The notes below the pieces were generated by a model. That model made no database searches and had not been told where the DNA came from. It saw only the letters and a list, made by a program, of their open reading frames with translations. Shown piece after piece: positions 1 through 13,604 of a DNA stretch of 64,000 nt. The translations under genes were made by a program, and so were the position numbers. Origin of the DNA: Anolis carolinensis. Its lineage: Eukaryota. The first letter of the stretch is position 1. Each line of letters begins with the position of its first letter. The stretch covers positions 323,277,402-323,341,401 of the forward strand of contig NC_085841.1 in NCBI RefSeq assembly GCF_035594765.1, read 5' to 3'.

Positions 1-818
1 AAAAAGATGCAGACACCAAAAGTAGATTTAGGATAGAAATACATTTTTTGCTGCCAAGTCTATATTCCTGCTTTAGTCAACCTACAGTTCAAACAAGTTT
101 TAAGAAAGAAAATGGCAAACCCTTCACTTTTATTCTCCCCCCCCCCCCCCCCGTTCTTTCTTAAGCTAACCCTGCAAGCTAAACATGTACCATTTATTTT
201 TAAATTAAGTGAAAATTAGCCAGGTGTGTTAGATAAGCTTTCTATACACAGGTCTAAATATTGACAAAGAGAGATGTGTCACTGGAAAATCATCAGTCTA
301 GCAATTATCACGTTAGCATGTTAAGTAGAAAAAGATGTGAAACTTCCAAATGTGTCAATACAGATGATTTCATTTCCACCAGCCATCAGCTATATTGTGA
401 ACACTGATGTCTTGATATATACACAAAAGCAGGTCACCTCCTACAAGCAAAGGCTCTCTGTATGTCAAGTAGAAATGCTAGGATCAGAGGGAAACCAGAG
501 ATGTTTCATAGTTTTGGATCCAAGGTCAGGAATTATTGAGTACTGAACAAATAGAAATAGTTGTTGTTCTTTTGCAGCCTGGCATTGAGAAACATACTGC
601 TTTGATTTTGGAGGTGAGTTGGCATTCACATTTGGCAAATGCCAGGTCCCACCACTGGCACCTCCGCTAGGCTATCCTTGAATAATTTTTTCATAAGAAG
701 AACCCTGCGAAGTCAATTTTCACTTCCCCCCCTTTTTTTGCATTCTTTTTCCCCCTAATGTTTTACCCAACTGTTTTTACCTCTCCCCACCTGCCCCCCC
801 AACCCTCCCCCTAATCCC

Positions 819-952
819 NNNNNNNNNNNNNNNNNNNNNNNNNNNNNNNNNNNNNNNNNNNNNNNNNNNNNNNNNNNNNNNNNNNNNNNNNNNNNNNNNN
901 NNNNNNNNNNNNNNNNNNNNNNNNNNNNNNNNNNNNNNNNNNNNNNNNNNNN
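819..952. other. Assembly gap (134 N)
   Basis: Run of N, preceded by a C-run-rich tract. Confidence 1.
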
Positions 953-1381
953 GGGAAAGTCCATGGGAAGCCCATCATTGGACTTGAGTATAATGGCACC
1001 CCCAGTATCACATCTAGAGTTGAACATTTAGAGCTGCCACCTCAGGCCTGAAGTTTCTAGTTCAAAACCTGAGCTATAGAGAGAGACCCTAATGATGCCA
1101 TTAAGCATTTTCCATGAAGCACGAGCCACAATTGCTCACAGCTTATAATTAAAATAGATATATATGCCAGCCCTTCATATAACTTTTGCAGATTTGACTA
1201 TTCAAGGATTTAATATGATCTCTCAAAGAATATCTAGGTCTTCCAGAACAATTAGGGGTGACCTCTATTAGATGTTGTCCATAGAGCTGCATTGGAGGAC
1301 CTAAAGATTCCAGCATAACTCAATGGTCAGCCTTTGTCAGAATTTGATTATAGACATACCGGAAAACCTAAATATTCCTGC

Positions 1382-2101
1382 GACCTCATCACATTGAGAT
1401 GGGAAAGCACGGGTCACCATCCTTTTAACATAGAGAATTGCCTTTCTGAATTGTCAGTCTCTCCATTTCGAGTTCTGCCTCCCCATCACACTCACACGTG
1501 GAAACCTAATTGCTGGCAATACATTCATGTTACATTCATCACTTTTTAATCACAGAAAACTACAATATCCAAAAACCAAGGGATTCCTTGCCCAGCCCCA
1601 AACCTTTTATGATAAAGGAGACAGTGCACCAGTTTAAAACCTCTTCTTCGCATGAGATAAATTTACCCTACCCAAAGCCCATGCAGTCATGCCGGCCACA
1701 TGACCTTGGAGGTATCTATAGACATCGGCGGCTCTTCAGCTTAGAAATGGAGATGAGCACCAACCGCCAGAGTCAAACATGACTAGACTTAATGTTAGGG
1801 GAAAACCTTTATCTTTAAAGCATGTTATGATAAAGAAGACTGACAAGGGCGGGCAATGAAACAGGATGGGAAATTTTGATGGTTCCAAAGCCACCTGTTT
1901 TTCAGCTGAAACCATGGAATGAAACACCATAGGAGGTAGGAGTTTTGAACACAATTGCTGGCCCATGTTCAGAGTTCCCTCCTTTCAGGACCTTTCTGCC
2001 TCTTTTCAACCCTGGAATATGTTATGATCTCCGTGACTCTCCATCCTTGAAAAGAGGCTGAAGTGCCCCACAACGGGGAAATTTCTCAGTGTGATGAAGT
2101 C
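1382..2101. mobile_element. Non-autonomous DNA transposon (PIF/Harbinger-like) containing a Sauria SINE fragment
   Basis: Terminal inverted repeats GACCTCATCACATTGAGA / TCTCAGTGTGATGAAGTC. Confidence 0.55.
1679..1817 (+). mobile_element. Sauria SINE, 5'-truncated
   Basis: Matches the 3' half of the full-length copy at 15863-16191. Confidence 0.9.
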
Positions 2102-2515
2102 CTTAGAGATGTGTTCTATCTGGTTAAAAAAAGCAGTTTTTATTTGCATTTTCTCCACTTTTATGGAGGTCAACTTTTTTTATTACACTGCCCACCATAA
2201 CCTCAATGTCCTTTTTTCCAATCTAACATTTTGCAAATGAAACTCAAGTTGTAGCTCTGGAACATTAAACATAACAGCTAGAAGCAGCCACGCAGCACTG
2301 CTGAAACATTGCTTGGAGAAGGACTGAGCAACCAGGTAAGCCTGCCATGGCTATGTTTTCAGTAGGTTTTAATAAAATTAAAATTTATCTCATACCAAAG
2401 TTTTAAAATTGTAATTAAACTGTCAATAAGCTGGACACTAACCAACAAGCTGCAGAACGTGGCCCCAAGTCACAGAGATTTTAGGCAACAGTTTCTCCTG
2501 TGTTTAAATTTTAAG

Positions 2516-2537
2516 AGCAGTTGCCATAGCAACTGCT
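2516..2537. promoter_or_regulatory. RFX X-box within a 22-bp palindrome
   Basis: AGCAGTTGC-CATA-GCAACTGCT contains the consensus X-box GTTGCCATAGCAAC (2520-2533). Confidence 0.45.
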
Positions 2538-5500
2538 AGACACAGCATATGGTATGTCTGCTACCTCTGGGATAACAGAGCAATTTCTAAAGAATTTACT
2601 TTACAATATGGTGTGAACACTTGTACTTTTTACCATTTTTTCCAGAGTGTTGTATAAGGTACTGTTGTTCCCTGACATACTCCTCATGCCGGATGCTCAT
2701 TTTGTGCAATCTTTACATGCAAAGCAAACACTTTCATCCTTTTCCTCCATTTAGTCTTCATAATTCCCTGTACGTTCAAAGCAAAAATAGGAAATATTAA
2801 AGGACACAGTCTGCCGCATTTTTTTTTCTAAGCAAGCTGCCGTGTAATCTGTATGCAAGCTTACAGGAGTGTGCATAGTTCCTGTAAAGATGGAATGCGG
2901 ACAAAGCATGGGATGTACACACCTATAACATCTGCAGTTATTGATTTTCTCCCCTTCCCATCCTCATTTTTTGCTCTGCATCCATACTACACAGTAATAC
3001 CAATCTGATACCACTTTAACTATCATGGTTCCATCTGGAATGTGTAATTTGTAGAGATAGTTGACGTTCTCCGTAGATATACACTAGAGCTCTCAGGAAA
3101 ATATTTACCAAACTACAAATCCCAGGATTCCATAGGATTCCATAGGAGGGAACCAAGGCTGTTAAGCTGGTATCAAAGTGCTGTAATTACACAGTGCAGA
3201 CACACCTGACATGTCTAATTCCGTAGGTGTTATTTAGCATTTGTTTTTCTATGAGACAAAATGTCTCCAATTTTTTGTCCACTCACTTTTTTGTGCTCAT
3301 TTGTGAAATTGTAACAAAAGCTTAATAATGCTTCTTGCACTAATTGCTTTATTCACATTTAAAATGTGCAGGTTTTGGAGATTCATGATTTTGCACAATT
3401 TTGTGCCCGTCTTGATCAGTCAAATTGTTAAATGTGTTTATACTCTTATATTTCTGGAAAACTGAAATTATGTCTTCTTTTTAAAGAACCCAGATTGCTC
3501 TAAATTATTTTAAATTAATTAACCAGTATACTATTCTGAGATCTTGTGGCATAAGGTGGAATGAACATATGTTAATGCATAAATACATTCATATATTTTC
3601 CCCAGATTTTATCTGTTGCTGTCTATCAATATGCAGATTCTACACTGCAAATGTTGTGCAGCCCATAGCCCAAGAGATTTCAAGCAGCTGAAACACAAAG
3701 GCCATCAGAGGAACCTCCTTGGACATCCTGAGACAAAATAGATATGCCTTTCGGGATATATACTGTTGGTAGTCCTTTTTCATTTACTGTGTTGCCTTTT
3801 AACTGTAAATCCTGTGGACTGTTTGAAAGAGTATAATTATCTTCCTTCTCTTCTAGTGTCCATGGCCATTTTCTTTTATTAAAATTTGCCACTTTAAGAA
3901 AGATAGTATCATTGAGAAATGTGAGCAATAATAGCGGATTTGTCTAGTAGAATACTCAACTGGCAAAGCAGAAGCTGAACCGCAACCAGTCTCTCAGGAC
4001 CCACTTACACTACTATATAATCTAGTTTCAGAATGCAGATCAACTGCATTGAACTGGATTATATGAGTCTACACTGGCATATAATCCAGTTCAATACAGT
4101 TAATCTGAATTCAGAATCTGGATTATATGGCAGTCTAGATGGAGCCATAGATCATCTAGAAAAGAAATAGCTTAGTCTTTTTTCCAGAACCCTATAAAAT
4201 TAGTTTTGCTTCCAGTCTACTTTTCCATGATCAAAATAGTGGTCTAATGAAGGGGGAAAATGAAAGGAGAAAATATTTTTAGATTAGAGTAATCCGGGAA
4301 GAAAGTGGATAGGTAACATTAGACAGACAGAATGTCAACAATCATGCAAACTAGATGTTAGTAACTAATGACACTTAAAAGATTGTTAACTATGGCTGAG
4401 TATTAGCCATTGCCAATCCAAAATTCTGACCTCAAACAACACATGAAGATTTAAAACATATTCACACATACGTTCTTATGTCATGCATTGCCTAGAAGTA
4501 CATTAGATTTGCACTAGAGACACATCCAGTACCATGGCACCTTCCAGATATATTTGGACTAAATATCTTATTCACAGCCAACATGCCTGTGTGACATGGG
4601 TAGTGTAGTCCAGTATCTTTGGAAAGACCACATTTGTAAAAGCTGCATGAGACTTTCCAAACCAGAATAAAATAGAACTAAATGCAGACACCTTATCTTT
4701 AGATGTTTCTAATAAGGTATGATGCTACATATGGTCAACATAATCTTATTTGTTTAGGTTTGTATGTCATACATATTCCATGAAAACTTTCTTCTAGTTT
4801 TAACCGGGCTCATAGCCTGCAGTCAACAGTACATGAATGATGCCATTAGAAAAATAAAGCTTGCATACTCACAGTGAGTTCATCTTAAAATATGCACTGA
4901 TCCTATTGTGTTTGCACTCAGTGTTGATCTGCTTTCCCAGGACAATTCAAGGAAGCATAAAGTCAATAAAGTTCAGGCAGTATTTTTTAACAGAGAAAAG
5001 AAAATAGGCAATTTGAAAGACTCAAGACTGTAATGACTTCCAAGTATGACACATCTTAAAAAATGAAAGTCTTTTCCAAACACTTCCATTTTCCCAAATG
5101 CTTTTAGCGCCTACGTACATCACTTGGACAACTTTAAAAAGGAGTGCCGAGCATTAGAATAAATGCAAATACAGCTTCATTAGCTGTACAAACGCAAAGG
5201 GTGCGACAAGCTAAGAAGGCACTAAAACGTGAAGTTATGTCTCTGTGCTTTCTTTGCCAGTAATTGCTCCAATATTGTGAGTCACACCACACCTAATAAA
5301 CAAAGATCATTTCACTCTTGACACATGACAGGGCTCTTGCCTTCTCCAATCTTTACAAAAAATACAAATGGAATTCTGTTGTCAAATAATAATTTGTTTA
5401 AATTGTGATGTTAAAACAATCATAAAAATAAAACTAAATATATCTACTGTGGTGTAGAAGTATAAGAAAGTAGATCTGCAGTTCTCTCAATATAAAAGCT

Positions 5501-5984
5501 TCATAAATATTCTAAATATCCCAAGTGTATGCTAGAGGCTTACTTTTACTTAGGTAATCCCTCGTTGTCCAAGTATGTTGGCCTTCAAGTGTAGTGTCTT
5601 AGCGGTGGATACGTAGGTGACTATTCTTGACCTGCATGTTCTTCCACAGTAAGGACGTCAGTTTCCAGATAGAAGTCGTTCCCGGTCAGGCTTGGCCTGA
5701 AGTGCCTTCCTATTGATACATTTCTCCCTTTCACCCTCCCTTCATGCCTCTTCAAATTCCACAGCACTGCTGGTCACAGCTGACCTCCAGTTAGAGAGCT
5801 CAAGAACCAGGGCTTCCCAGCTCTTGATGTCTATGCCATGGTTTTAAAGCAGGGGTCCTCAAACTTTCTCAGTGGAGGGCCAGTTCACGGTCCCTCAGAA
5901 GGTTGGGGGGCCGGACTATGATGAAATAGTCCAAAGTTAGGATTGTTGTTGTTGTGTGCCTTCAAGTTGTTGCAGACTTAAGCT

Positions 5985-6298
5985 AGGTAAAGATTTTCCC
6001 CTGATGTTAAGTCCAGTCGTGACCGACTCTGGGGGTTGGTTCTCATCTCCATTTCTAAGCCATTTCTAAGTTGTCCATAGACACCTCCAAGGTCATGTTG
6101 CCGGCATGACTGCATGGAGCACCGTTACCTTCCCACCGGAGCGGTACCTATTGATCTACTCACATTGGCATGTTTTCGAACTGCTAGGTTGGCAGGAGCT
6201 GGGGCTAACAGTGGGTGCTCATTCCGCTCCTGGGATTTGAACCTGGGACCTTTCGGTCTGCAAGTTCAGCAGCTCAGCGCTTTAACACACTGCGCCAC
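5985..6298 (-). mobile_element. Sauria SINE nested in the hAT element
   Basis: Reverse complement of the Sauria SINE at 15863-16191. Confidence 0.92.
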
Positions 6299-6406
6299 CT
6301 AACTTTAGACTTAGGTCAACCTTAAGTCTAAAGTTTAGGACAGGGGCCAGGTCAATGACCTTGGAGGACCGCATCCAGCCCATGGGCCTTAGTTTGGTGA
6401 CCCCTG

Positions 6407-6672
6407 ATCTAGACGCTCTCATAAGACCATAGGTAAGGAAAGGGACCCTCAATAGCCATCTAGATGATCTCATAAAGCCAACAGAAGACCATAGATAAGG
6501 AAAGGGACCCTCAAAGACCATCTAGATGGTTTCATAAGACCATAGGTAAGGAAAGGGACCCTCAAAGGCCATCTAGACTGTCTCACAGGACCATAGGTAA
6601 GGAAAGTGACCTCCAAAAGCCATCTAGACGATCTCATAAGACCATAGATAAGCAAAGAGACCTCCAAAGACC
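6407..6672. repeat. About 51-bp minisatellite, 5 units
   Basis: Unit ATCTAGAnnnTCTCATAAGACCATAGGTAAGGAAAGGGACCCTCAAAGGCC starting at 6407, 6458, 6520, 6571, 6622. Confidence 0.9.
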
Positions 6673-8997
6673 AGAGAGACTTAGGTCAACCCTAAGTCTA
6701 AAGTTCAGGACAGGGGCCAGGTAAAGGACCTTGGGGGGCCGCATCCAGCCCACGGGCCTTAGTTTGGGGACCCCTGTTTTAAAGGTTAGCTTCAAGCTCA
6801 TCTTTAAATCTCTTTTCCTGCCCACCAACATTCTGTTTCCCATTCTTGAGTTGGGAGTATAGTAACTGCTTTGGGAGATGGTGATCCGGAATTCAGACAA
6901 CATGGCCAGTCCAGCAGAGTTGATGGCTTAGGAGCATCACTTCAATGCTCGAGATCTTTGCTTCTTCCAGCACACTGACATTTGTCCGCCCATCTTCCCA
7001 AGAGATTTGTGGCAGAAAAGACCTTCTAAAATTACAACTCCCAGGATTCCATAGCAGTGAGCCATAGCAGTTAAAGTGGTGTCAAACTGCATTAATTCTA
7101 CAGTGTAGATGCACTCTGTCTTAATTAGAAATCCTAAAGGGACAGTAAACTTTTTCCATTTGAAATATATTTAAATATGTACGTTTTCTTGGTACCCTGA
7201 TTATACAATGAAAACACTGTTTAGTTATAGGAAACTTGTTTCCATCTTTCATGACGTAGTCATCTACATACTATGCTACTTATAAAACCAAAACTCTACA
7301 CAAACTTTATCTAGGAGTAAAATGTACTGAATATGAACACACAGACAGAGATAGTTGGCCTTATAGTAAATGCGCTAAAGGCTGTGCTAGAAAGGAACTA
7401 ATAGATATTTCTTCTAAAACATTTTGTGTTTTCAGTGAGGTAGGGTAGAACAGAATATTAATAACTCACTTGTATATGCATGAATTAATCTCATTTCTAT
7501 CCTGTTCAGTATTTTAAAGTCTTTTCTTCCCCAACCTGTAATATGTCACTACCTCTCGAGTAGGTTAGTCCCAGGAGGTCCCGTAACTGCAATTACTGCA
7601 TTTAAATATTCCACATATCTGTCAAGTTTCAAAAGTATTCTGTGGTGTCAGTTTAAATATAAATATCTATAATTCTAGTTAATCACCATCACTTTTCGTC
7701 AGTTTTGAAAACTCACTTGATGTCTATTTTGTGCTTGCGGCTGCGTGCTGCTCTGGTTGCAGCTCTTGCCATTGATTTATTGGTTAAGAGGTTACCCAAA
7801 GCTATTCTGCGACACAACAGTGTTCCTGTACAGACAGTCCAGAGCTTTTCACAGAAGTAAAACTTGTCAATATCATTTTCCCCCTAATTGGCCAAAGAAA
7901 TTGTTCTGCTTTTCATAAGGAACGGTAAGTGAAGCTGGAGTTGTTACACAAATATCAGGCTCGATCGGGGCTCTCCTTACAAAAGCACACGCTTTTCATT
8001 CAAGGTGCCTTCTGTTTCTAAAAAAAAAAAACCTCCATTTATTTAACCAGCAATGCCAAAACTGTCAATACTTCTCGTCCGGCTATACCTTTTGAAGCCA
8101 GTGCTTCTATATAGTAGATCTTATAAGTGGCCTGAATGACCATACAATGAGAAATATGGTTTTGAGTGTATAGGGTGAAGCTACAGTCCGCTAATTTTGA
8201 CCAGAGATGTGTCGCAAGAGCATTGTGTTTACCTTTAAACTTAGATGTGTTCATATGTCAACATTTATTTATCCTACACTAATAGTCCTTGCAGTATAGA
8301 TAAAAGTGCAATTATTTTTACAACAATGAAAGATTCAAGGTGCCAGAACTAATATCCTTGTGCCCAACAACCATAACTAGAACCAATGAAAAGCACTTCA
8401 AAGCTTTTAATCTCCATGACAACCTACATCACATTCTTCAATAAAAATACCACTTTACACAAACATACTCTTTATGCACACCTACTATATATTCATAAAT
8501 ATTACTTCCATTGCACACTGAACAACCTGTTCTTTAACACCCTTTTTCTGGCAAAATTAATCAATCAGCAGCACAGTTCAAATGGAACTTAATTTTATGC
8601 TCTTATGTCTCAGGTTCACTGTGGAATAATTCAAAGAAACAGATAGTGAAATTGGAAAAAGCTTTATGGTTGGTAGGAGATTTATACCCATTAGACCAGA
8701 GACATTTGTATAACAACTAAACTGCAATGTATTATTTATTTATTGCATGTATACTCTTACCTTTTCAGCCCATACATGGCACAAATGGCAGAAATAAGGG
8801 TAAACTCAAAAATAAATAAAATTAAAACACAAAAGGCTATTGGGGAGGAGGCACAATCTAGTGAGATGATGATGATTAATTACATATACACTCTTACCTT
8901 TTATCCCATAAATGGTATGAATGTGAGAGTAAACCCAAAATCAAATACAATTAAAAGATATTGGGGGGCAGAGGCACTGTCTAATGAGATTATTTAA

Positions 8998-9420
8998 GAT
9001 CCTCTGGGGAGGCCCTGCTCTCAATCCCACCTGCCTCACAAGTGCGGCTGGTGGTGGTGGCGCCTCGGCTGTGAAACTTCCTCCCTAGTGATATCCAGCA
9101 GGCTCCATCCCTTTTGAGTTTTAGAAAGGAAGTGAAGACCTGGCTATGTGAGCAAGCGTCAAAGAATAAGTTTTGTTGGCTTCGGCTTGGTCTGGATTAA
9201 GGTTTATGTACAAGGTTTTGTGGATGAATGGCTCACGTATTTTGTATTGTTTTTAAATCTGTATATTGCATATTGCTAATTTGTTTAACTGTTTTTAACT
9301 GCTTATGTTTTATTCTTTTGTATTGTTGTGTATTGGCATCGAATTCTGCCAGTTTTGTAAGCCACCCTGAGTCCCTTCGGGTGAGAAGAGCGGATGGAAA
9401 TACATAAATAAATAAATTAT
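8998..9420 (+). mobile_element. L2 LINE 3' end
   Basis: Decayed SSGEALLS...PRL*N.LP..I.QAPSL.SFRKEVKTWL, 3'UTR, GTAAGCCACCCTGAGTCCCTTCGGG stem-loop and TAAA tail. Confidence 0.8.
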
Positions 9421-10023
9421 TATTATTACTACTACTACTGTAGTTATACTCTCCCTTTTCCCCAGTTCAGAGCTCAAGGCAGCTTATAACAATTAAAGCA
9501 AAAATAGCTTAAAAATCTCTATGTACAAATATTAATAGTATAAATAAATTATCAAAAAGTAAAAAGAAAACATCACACGGAAAATCCACATTAGGCAATT
9601 TCATCTCCCGTGGGCAGTCTTCCAAGGCCTGAAGAAACAATACAAAATTTTACCTCATTATGAAAACACAGCAAGGTTACCTGTTGAGGTTTTCAGGGAA
9701 GGAAGTTCCAGAGCCTAGGAGGAGAAGGCCCCGTCCTATGTTCCCACCAGATGTAACTGAGGGGTGGTGGGATAGACTGAAGGGCCATCCTCAAATGATC
9801 TCAAAACATAAGTAGACTCATGCCAAACAGTAAAATCCTTCATGTAATATGAACCTAAACTGTATGCATGTGTGTTGACTTATCATCCAACCATTTATTT
9901 AATGGATCTTCTTTAGCTGGGGCTAGCAATATAATTTCTGTATTATATATTTTGCCAGACTTAAGGAAGGTAATCCTTAGATTTGGATAACAGAGTTGGA
10001 AGGGACCACAAGGGCCATGTATG

Positions 10024-10378
10024 TGATCTTATCACAAAGCCCAGGCAAAGTGTCCTGCTTTGCCTGGCTTCGTGAAGGAAAGAGAGGGGCAGTGCGGCAA
10101 ATCCACCCGCCCACAGTTCCCTCTTGGTGAGGCTTTCCCCCTCACATACGGGAAGTGTCACTCTTCTGGGGAGGATCTGACTGGCTCCATTGGAGCCAGC
10201 ACAACACAAGAAGCCTTCCACATTCTGAGGGAAGCATCCAAGGACAGTTCCACCCCAGTTGGGGATGGGGCCTCCACCGGAAGCCACACGACATTGTGTG
10301 ATGGCTAGCGTGGGGTTCCATCCCCAAAACAGGCTGGAAGTGTCCTAGGACACTGAATTTGGTGAATGTGATGAGGTC
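10024..10378. mobile_element. PIF/Harbinger-like MITE
   Basis: TIR GATCTTATCACA / TGTGATGAGGTC; homologous along its length to 22927-23251. Confidence 0.7.
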
Positions 10379-11421
10379 ATAAGTCCAATGACCTTCCAGG
10401 CAGAAAATACAATGAAAACACTAGCACCCTCTAAATCATTAGAGAGAGGAAGTGTGGTTTAGTGATTTGAGTTGTAAGCTAGGATTTTGTGAAAAGAATT
10501 CTGCTGACAGGATATTTCCACCAACAGATATTTGGTTGAGACCCAAGAAATCCAATATAATTTTGATTAAGAATAATGAGTATTGTTTCTATCACAATCT
10601 ACTAAAAAGACCTTCTCTGCCTGCAAATTCTTCTTCTGTTCCACCCTGTTTTTTAAAAAAATCTTTCCCTGATTTGTGCTCTAGACTAGAGCACAACTAG
10701 ACTAGAGCAGGGAATGTACTGGTTTATTTTCCTGGTTGCATGAACGAGATTAAAAGAATCTTGATCAAGAAGAAATCTTGATTAACATGCTCAAGGAAGA
10801 TGACATTGCAAATGGCAATCTTCTCCTGCTAACTGCACATATTTCTTTCTGCCTGGATCTCCTATATCTTGAAATGACAACTCATTGACAACTTGATACA
10901 GTGATTCCTTCTTCTGTTATACACCTGTTAATTAAAAGATACAGTACCTTTCCTTTTTTGCTTGCATGTATTCACAAGTATCTCTTTGGCTTCACTTTCT
11001 TCCAGCGTCCTCCCCTGCTCATAGACATATAATCCGATTCAAAGCACATAATCAGGATTTTATATGCCAGTGTAGAAGGGGCCCAAGGGAATAATACTGG
11101 AAGGTTTCTTGCCTCTTGTGAGTCACTTTTGACTGGCTACTTAATTTAAAAATGGCAGAAAAGGCATTTTGATTTATTTTCCCTGCTTTTTCTGGAGCAA
11201 GCAAAGTTTCTAGTTTAGGAAATAATAATCAGCCTGCCTAAGGAGGCTGAACATGTTAAGCAGCCAAAACCAAGTGCAACTGAGATATTTAATTAACCTT
11301 GTTAGATGATATCTGGGAAAATGATACAAATGCTGTGTCCTGGTAGAAGATATCTAAAGCCCTAAACAATGTTAGACACTGGTTGTCTAAAGAACTCTTT
11401 TCAGGTCTGCAAGGAGGCCAA

Positions 11422-11611
11422 GGCCCCTTCTACACTACCATATTACTTAGATTATCAGAGCAGATAATCCACTATCTGCTTTGAACTGGCTTATAGGAAT
11501 CTAATATTGATGCTATTTATTTATTGTTTTGATCTGTTTATTTGTTCATTAGGGCATTGAATGTTTGTCACTTTTGTTCCTTGGGGAGCAGGGCAGGTTA
11601 CAAATAAAGTT

Positions 11612-11684
<73 letters not shown>

Positions 11685-11746
11685 ACTGCCATATCATGTA
11701 GTTCAAAGCAGATAATCTGGATTTTATATGGCAGTGTAAAAGGTCC
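11422..11746. mobile_element. Harbinger-like MITE containing a (TAT)n tract
   Basis: TIR GGCCCCTTCTACACT / AGTGTAAAAGGTCC; related to 22779-22921. Confidence 0.6.
11613..11682. repeat. (TAT)n microsatellite
   Basis: Direct inspection. Confidence 0.98.
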
Positions 11747-13604
11747 CCCTGAGATTTCAGACAACAGTAGTTAGGCATTTTTGTTTTGCTTTTCTGTATC
11801 CTTTACATGTGTGAAACATTTTTTTCTGTTCATTTCCTATAAGATGCAACTATGGCATTAAAAGAGAAACCTAGCACTGTAAGAATGTTGTGTGAAACAG
11901 ACCATAGATTCAGCCTCTACAAATTAGTCTAAAAGAACTTTGTTTTTATTTCATTATTTTATTTAGTTATGTACTTTTGTAAACATGAGGCTGTTGATAT
12001 CTCCTTGTTGTATATGGGTGGTGCTTTTTCTTTATATAAATACCGATCCTCATCTACTGCAATAGGTGAAATGGGTCCATCCATTTTATGTCATTATTCA
12101 GGCTTAGTAATGCATAAAATGATATTTACATGCAAGAAGTTTTGCCAGAAAGGGATGAACATTTATGAACTCATCCACAAAAAGCAAAATGGTGTGGGTG
12201 TAAGTTTGCATTGGGTTGCACACCCAAATGAGTTTATGATTACACCCCACAATTTATGTTCTGACAGAGGATACACCCATTGAAGCCTACTTCATGTATA
12301 AATCTTCTTCGGATTGGGGCAGGTGAATTGCTTTGTTATGTCTGATTTTTTCCAATTAAACTAAGGAAGAAATGCAATGTAATGGAAAGATACAATGAAC
12401 ACACAGCACTGAACTTACAGCATAACATTAAGCAGTTGTTATTTTTCTTCAAGTCAACTCCAATTTATAGCAACCTTGTCACAGGGTTTTGTGGTAAGAT
12501 TTATTCAGAGGAACTTTACTTCACCTTCTTTATGTTATGGATAAGTTTTCATGGGTGAGCAGGGATTCAAACCTTGGTCTCAGAGAATTCCAACCCAACA
12601 TTCAAACCATTACACCATGTAGCTTTAAATAAATTGTTGCAATTTTATAGACAAATATAGATCAAACTTTGAGAAATGTAATAAATGGTGGCATAAATAG
12701 CATGTGAGCAAACTGGGGGTGAGAGGCAGAGTATTGTAGTTTAACATTTTGTATTAGAGTAGGTGTACCAAAAGGTTCTCTAGTAGGGCTGTGCAAAGCT
12801 TAGGACCTCTGTTTCGTAATTCGGAGATTCGTATGATTCGTTAATACTAATCTCCGAATTAAATCGCAAAGGGATCCCCTCCTAAGCATTACGAATCAAA
12901 ACAGAAGCCTCCGAAACATTTGTAAGGAATTGTTATTTCTGAGGGTTTTTTTTTTCAATGTAACATACTCTGTCATCCATAACTGTCTGGGGTGGGAGGG
13001 GATGGGGACTCATGTGATTGACAAGGGCAGCTGTATGCTTTTTTCCCCCTTGTCAGCTAATCAGAAGAAGAATCGCATGGCTTTCTGCAAAGCTTTCAGG
13101 TCCTTTCAGGGTCTCTCTCTATGTCTTTGTGATGTGTGCAGGACAGATAAAGATGTGTATTTGGAGATCTGTTCTGTTTCTGTGTGTTTTTAAAATGAAA
13201 CTTATAGTAGCTTTTTGAGAATTCTGTTTATGTCTGTCCCTTTCATATCCAGTTTGGGAAGTCGAAAACCTTTGTAAGCAGAGTATTCAAAAGGCTCCAC
13301 CTGAAACTACATTTCCCAAAATTCTGCTTGCGGCAGAAGAATGGGGCTGCCCATGTTAAAGCCCCAGTGTAGATTAATCACATGTGCTTAAATTGGGAAA
13401 AGTCTTTAAAATCAGTGGATAGACTGATTGTTCTGAAACTCGGCAGGCTTGCTACCCTGCTCATGTTGTCTCATTGTGCCACAGTTTGAGAAGACACCTC
13501 TTGTAGTTTTTAAAAAATATTTTAATTGAAAAAAAATTTAAATTCCTAATAATCAGCAGATGAATGAATATTTCCGAACCTTTTATATATTATATATCCG
13601 GGGT

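Larger units (their letters stand above)
5850..6776 (+). mobile_element. hAT-family non-autonomous element with duplicated right end
   Basis: TIR CAGGGGTCCTCAAACT / AGTTTGGGGACCCCTG; perfect 8-bp TSD TTTTAAAG (5842-5849, 6777-6784). Confidence 0.9.
5546..7010 (-). mobile_element. RTE-clade LINE 3' end, interrupted at 5850-6776 by a hAT element
   Basis: Minus strand encodes a decayed RTE C-terminus (QLCWTGHVV*IPDHHLPKQLLYSQLKNG...GGQEKRFKD) and ends in a TAAG-type tail; the sequence is continuous across the hAT TSD. Confidence 0.85.

Noticed and set aside
781-818. G-quadruplex-like C-run tract
   Set aside because: It abuts an assembly gap, so its extent and accuracy cannot be judged.
6407-6672. 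Regularly spaced repeats as a CRISPR-like array
   Set aside because: Vertebrate DNA; units are contiguous tandem copies without unique spacers.
11521-11778. Poly-Asn / poly-Tyr ORFs
   Set aside because: Translations of a (TAT)n microsatellite.
12785-13560. Probable additional DNA transposon starting TAGGGCTGTGCAAA
   Set aside because: I could not find a matching other end or TSD, so boundaries and class are unsupported.
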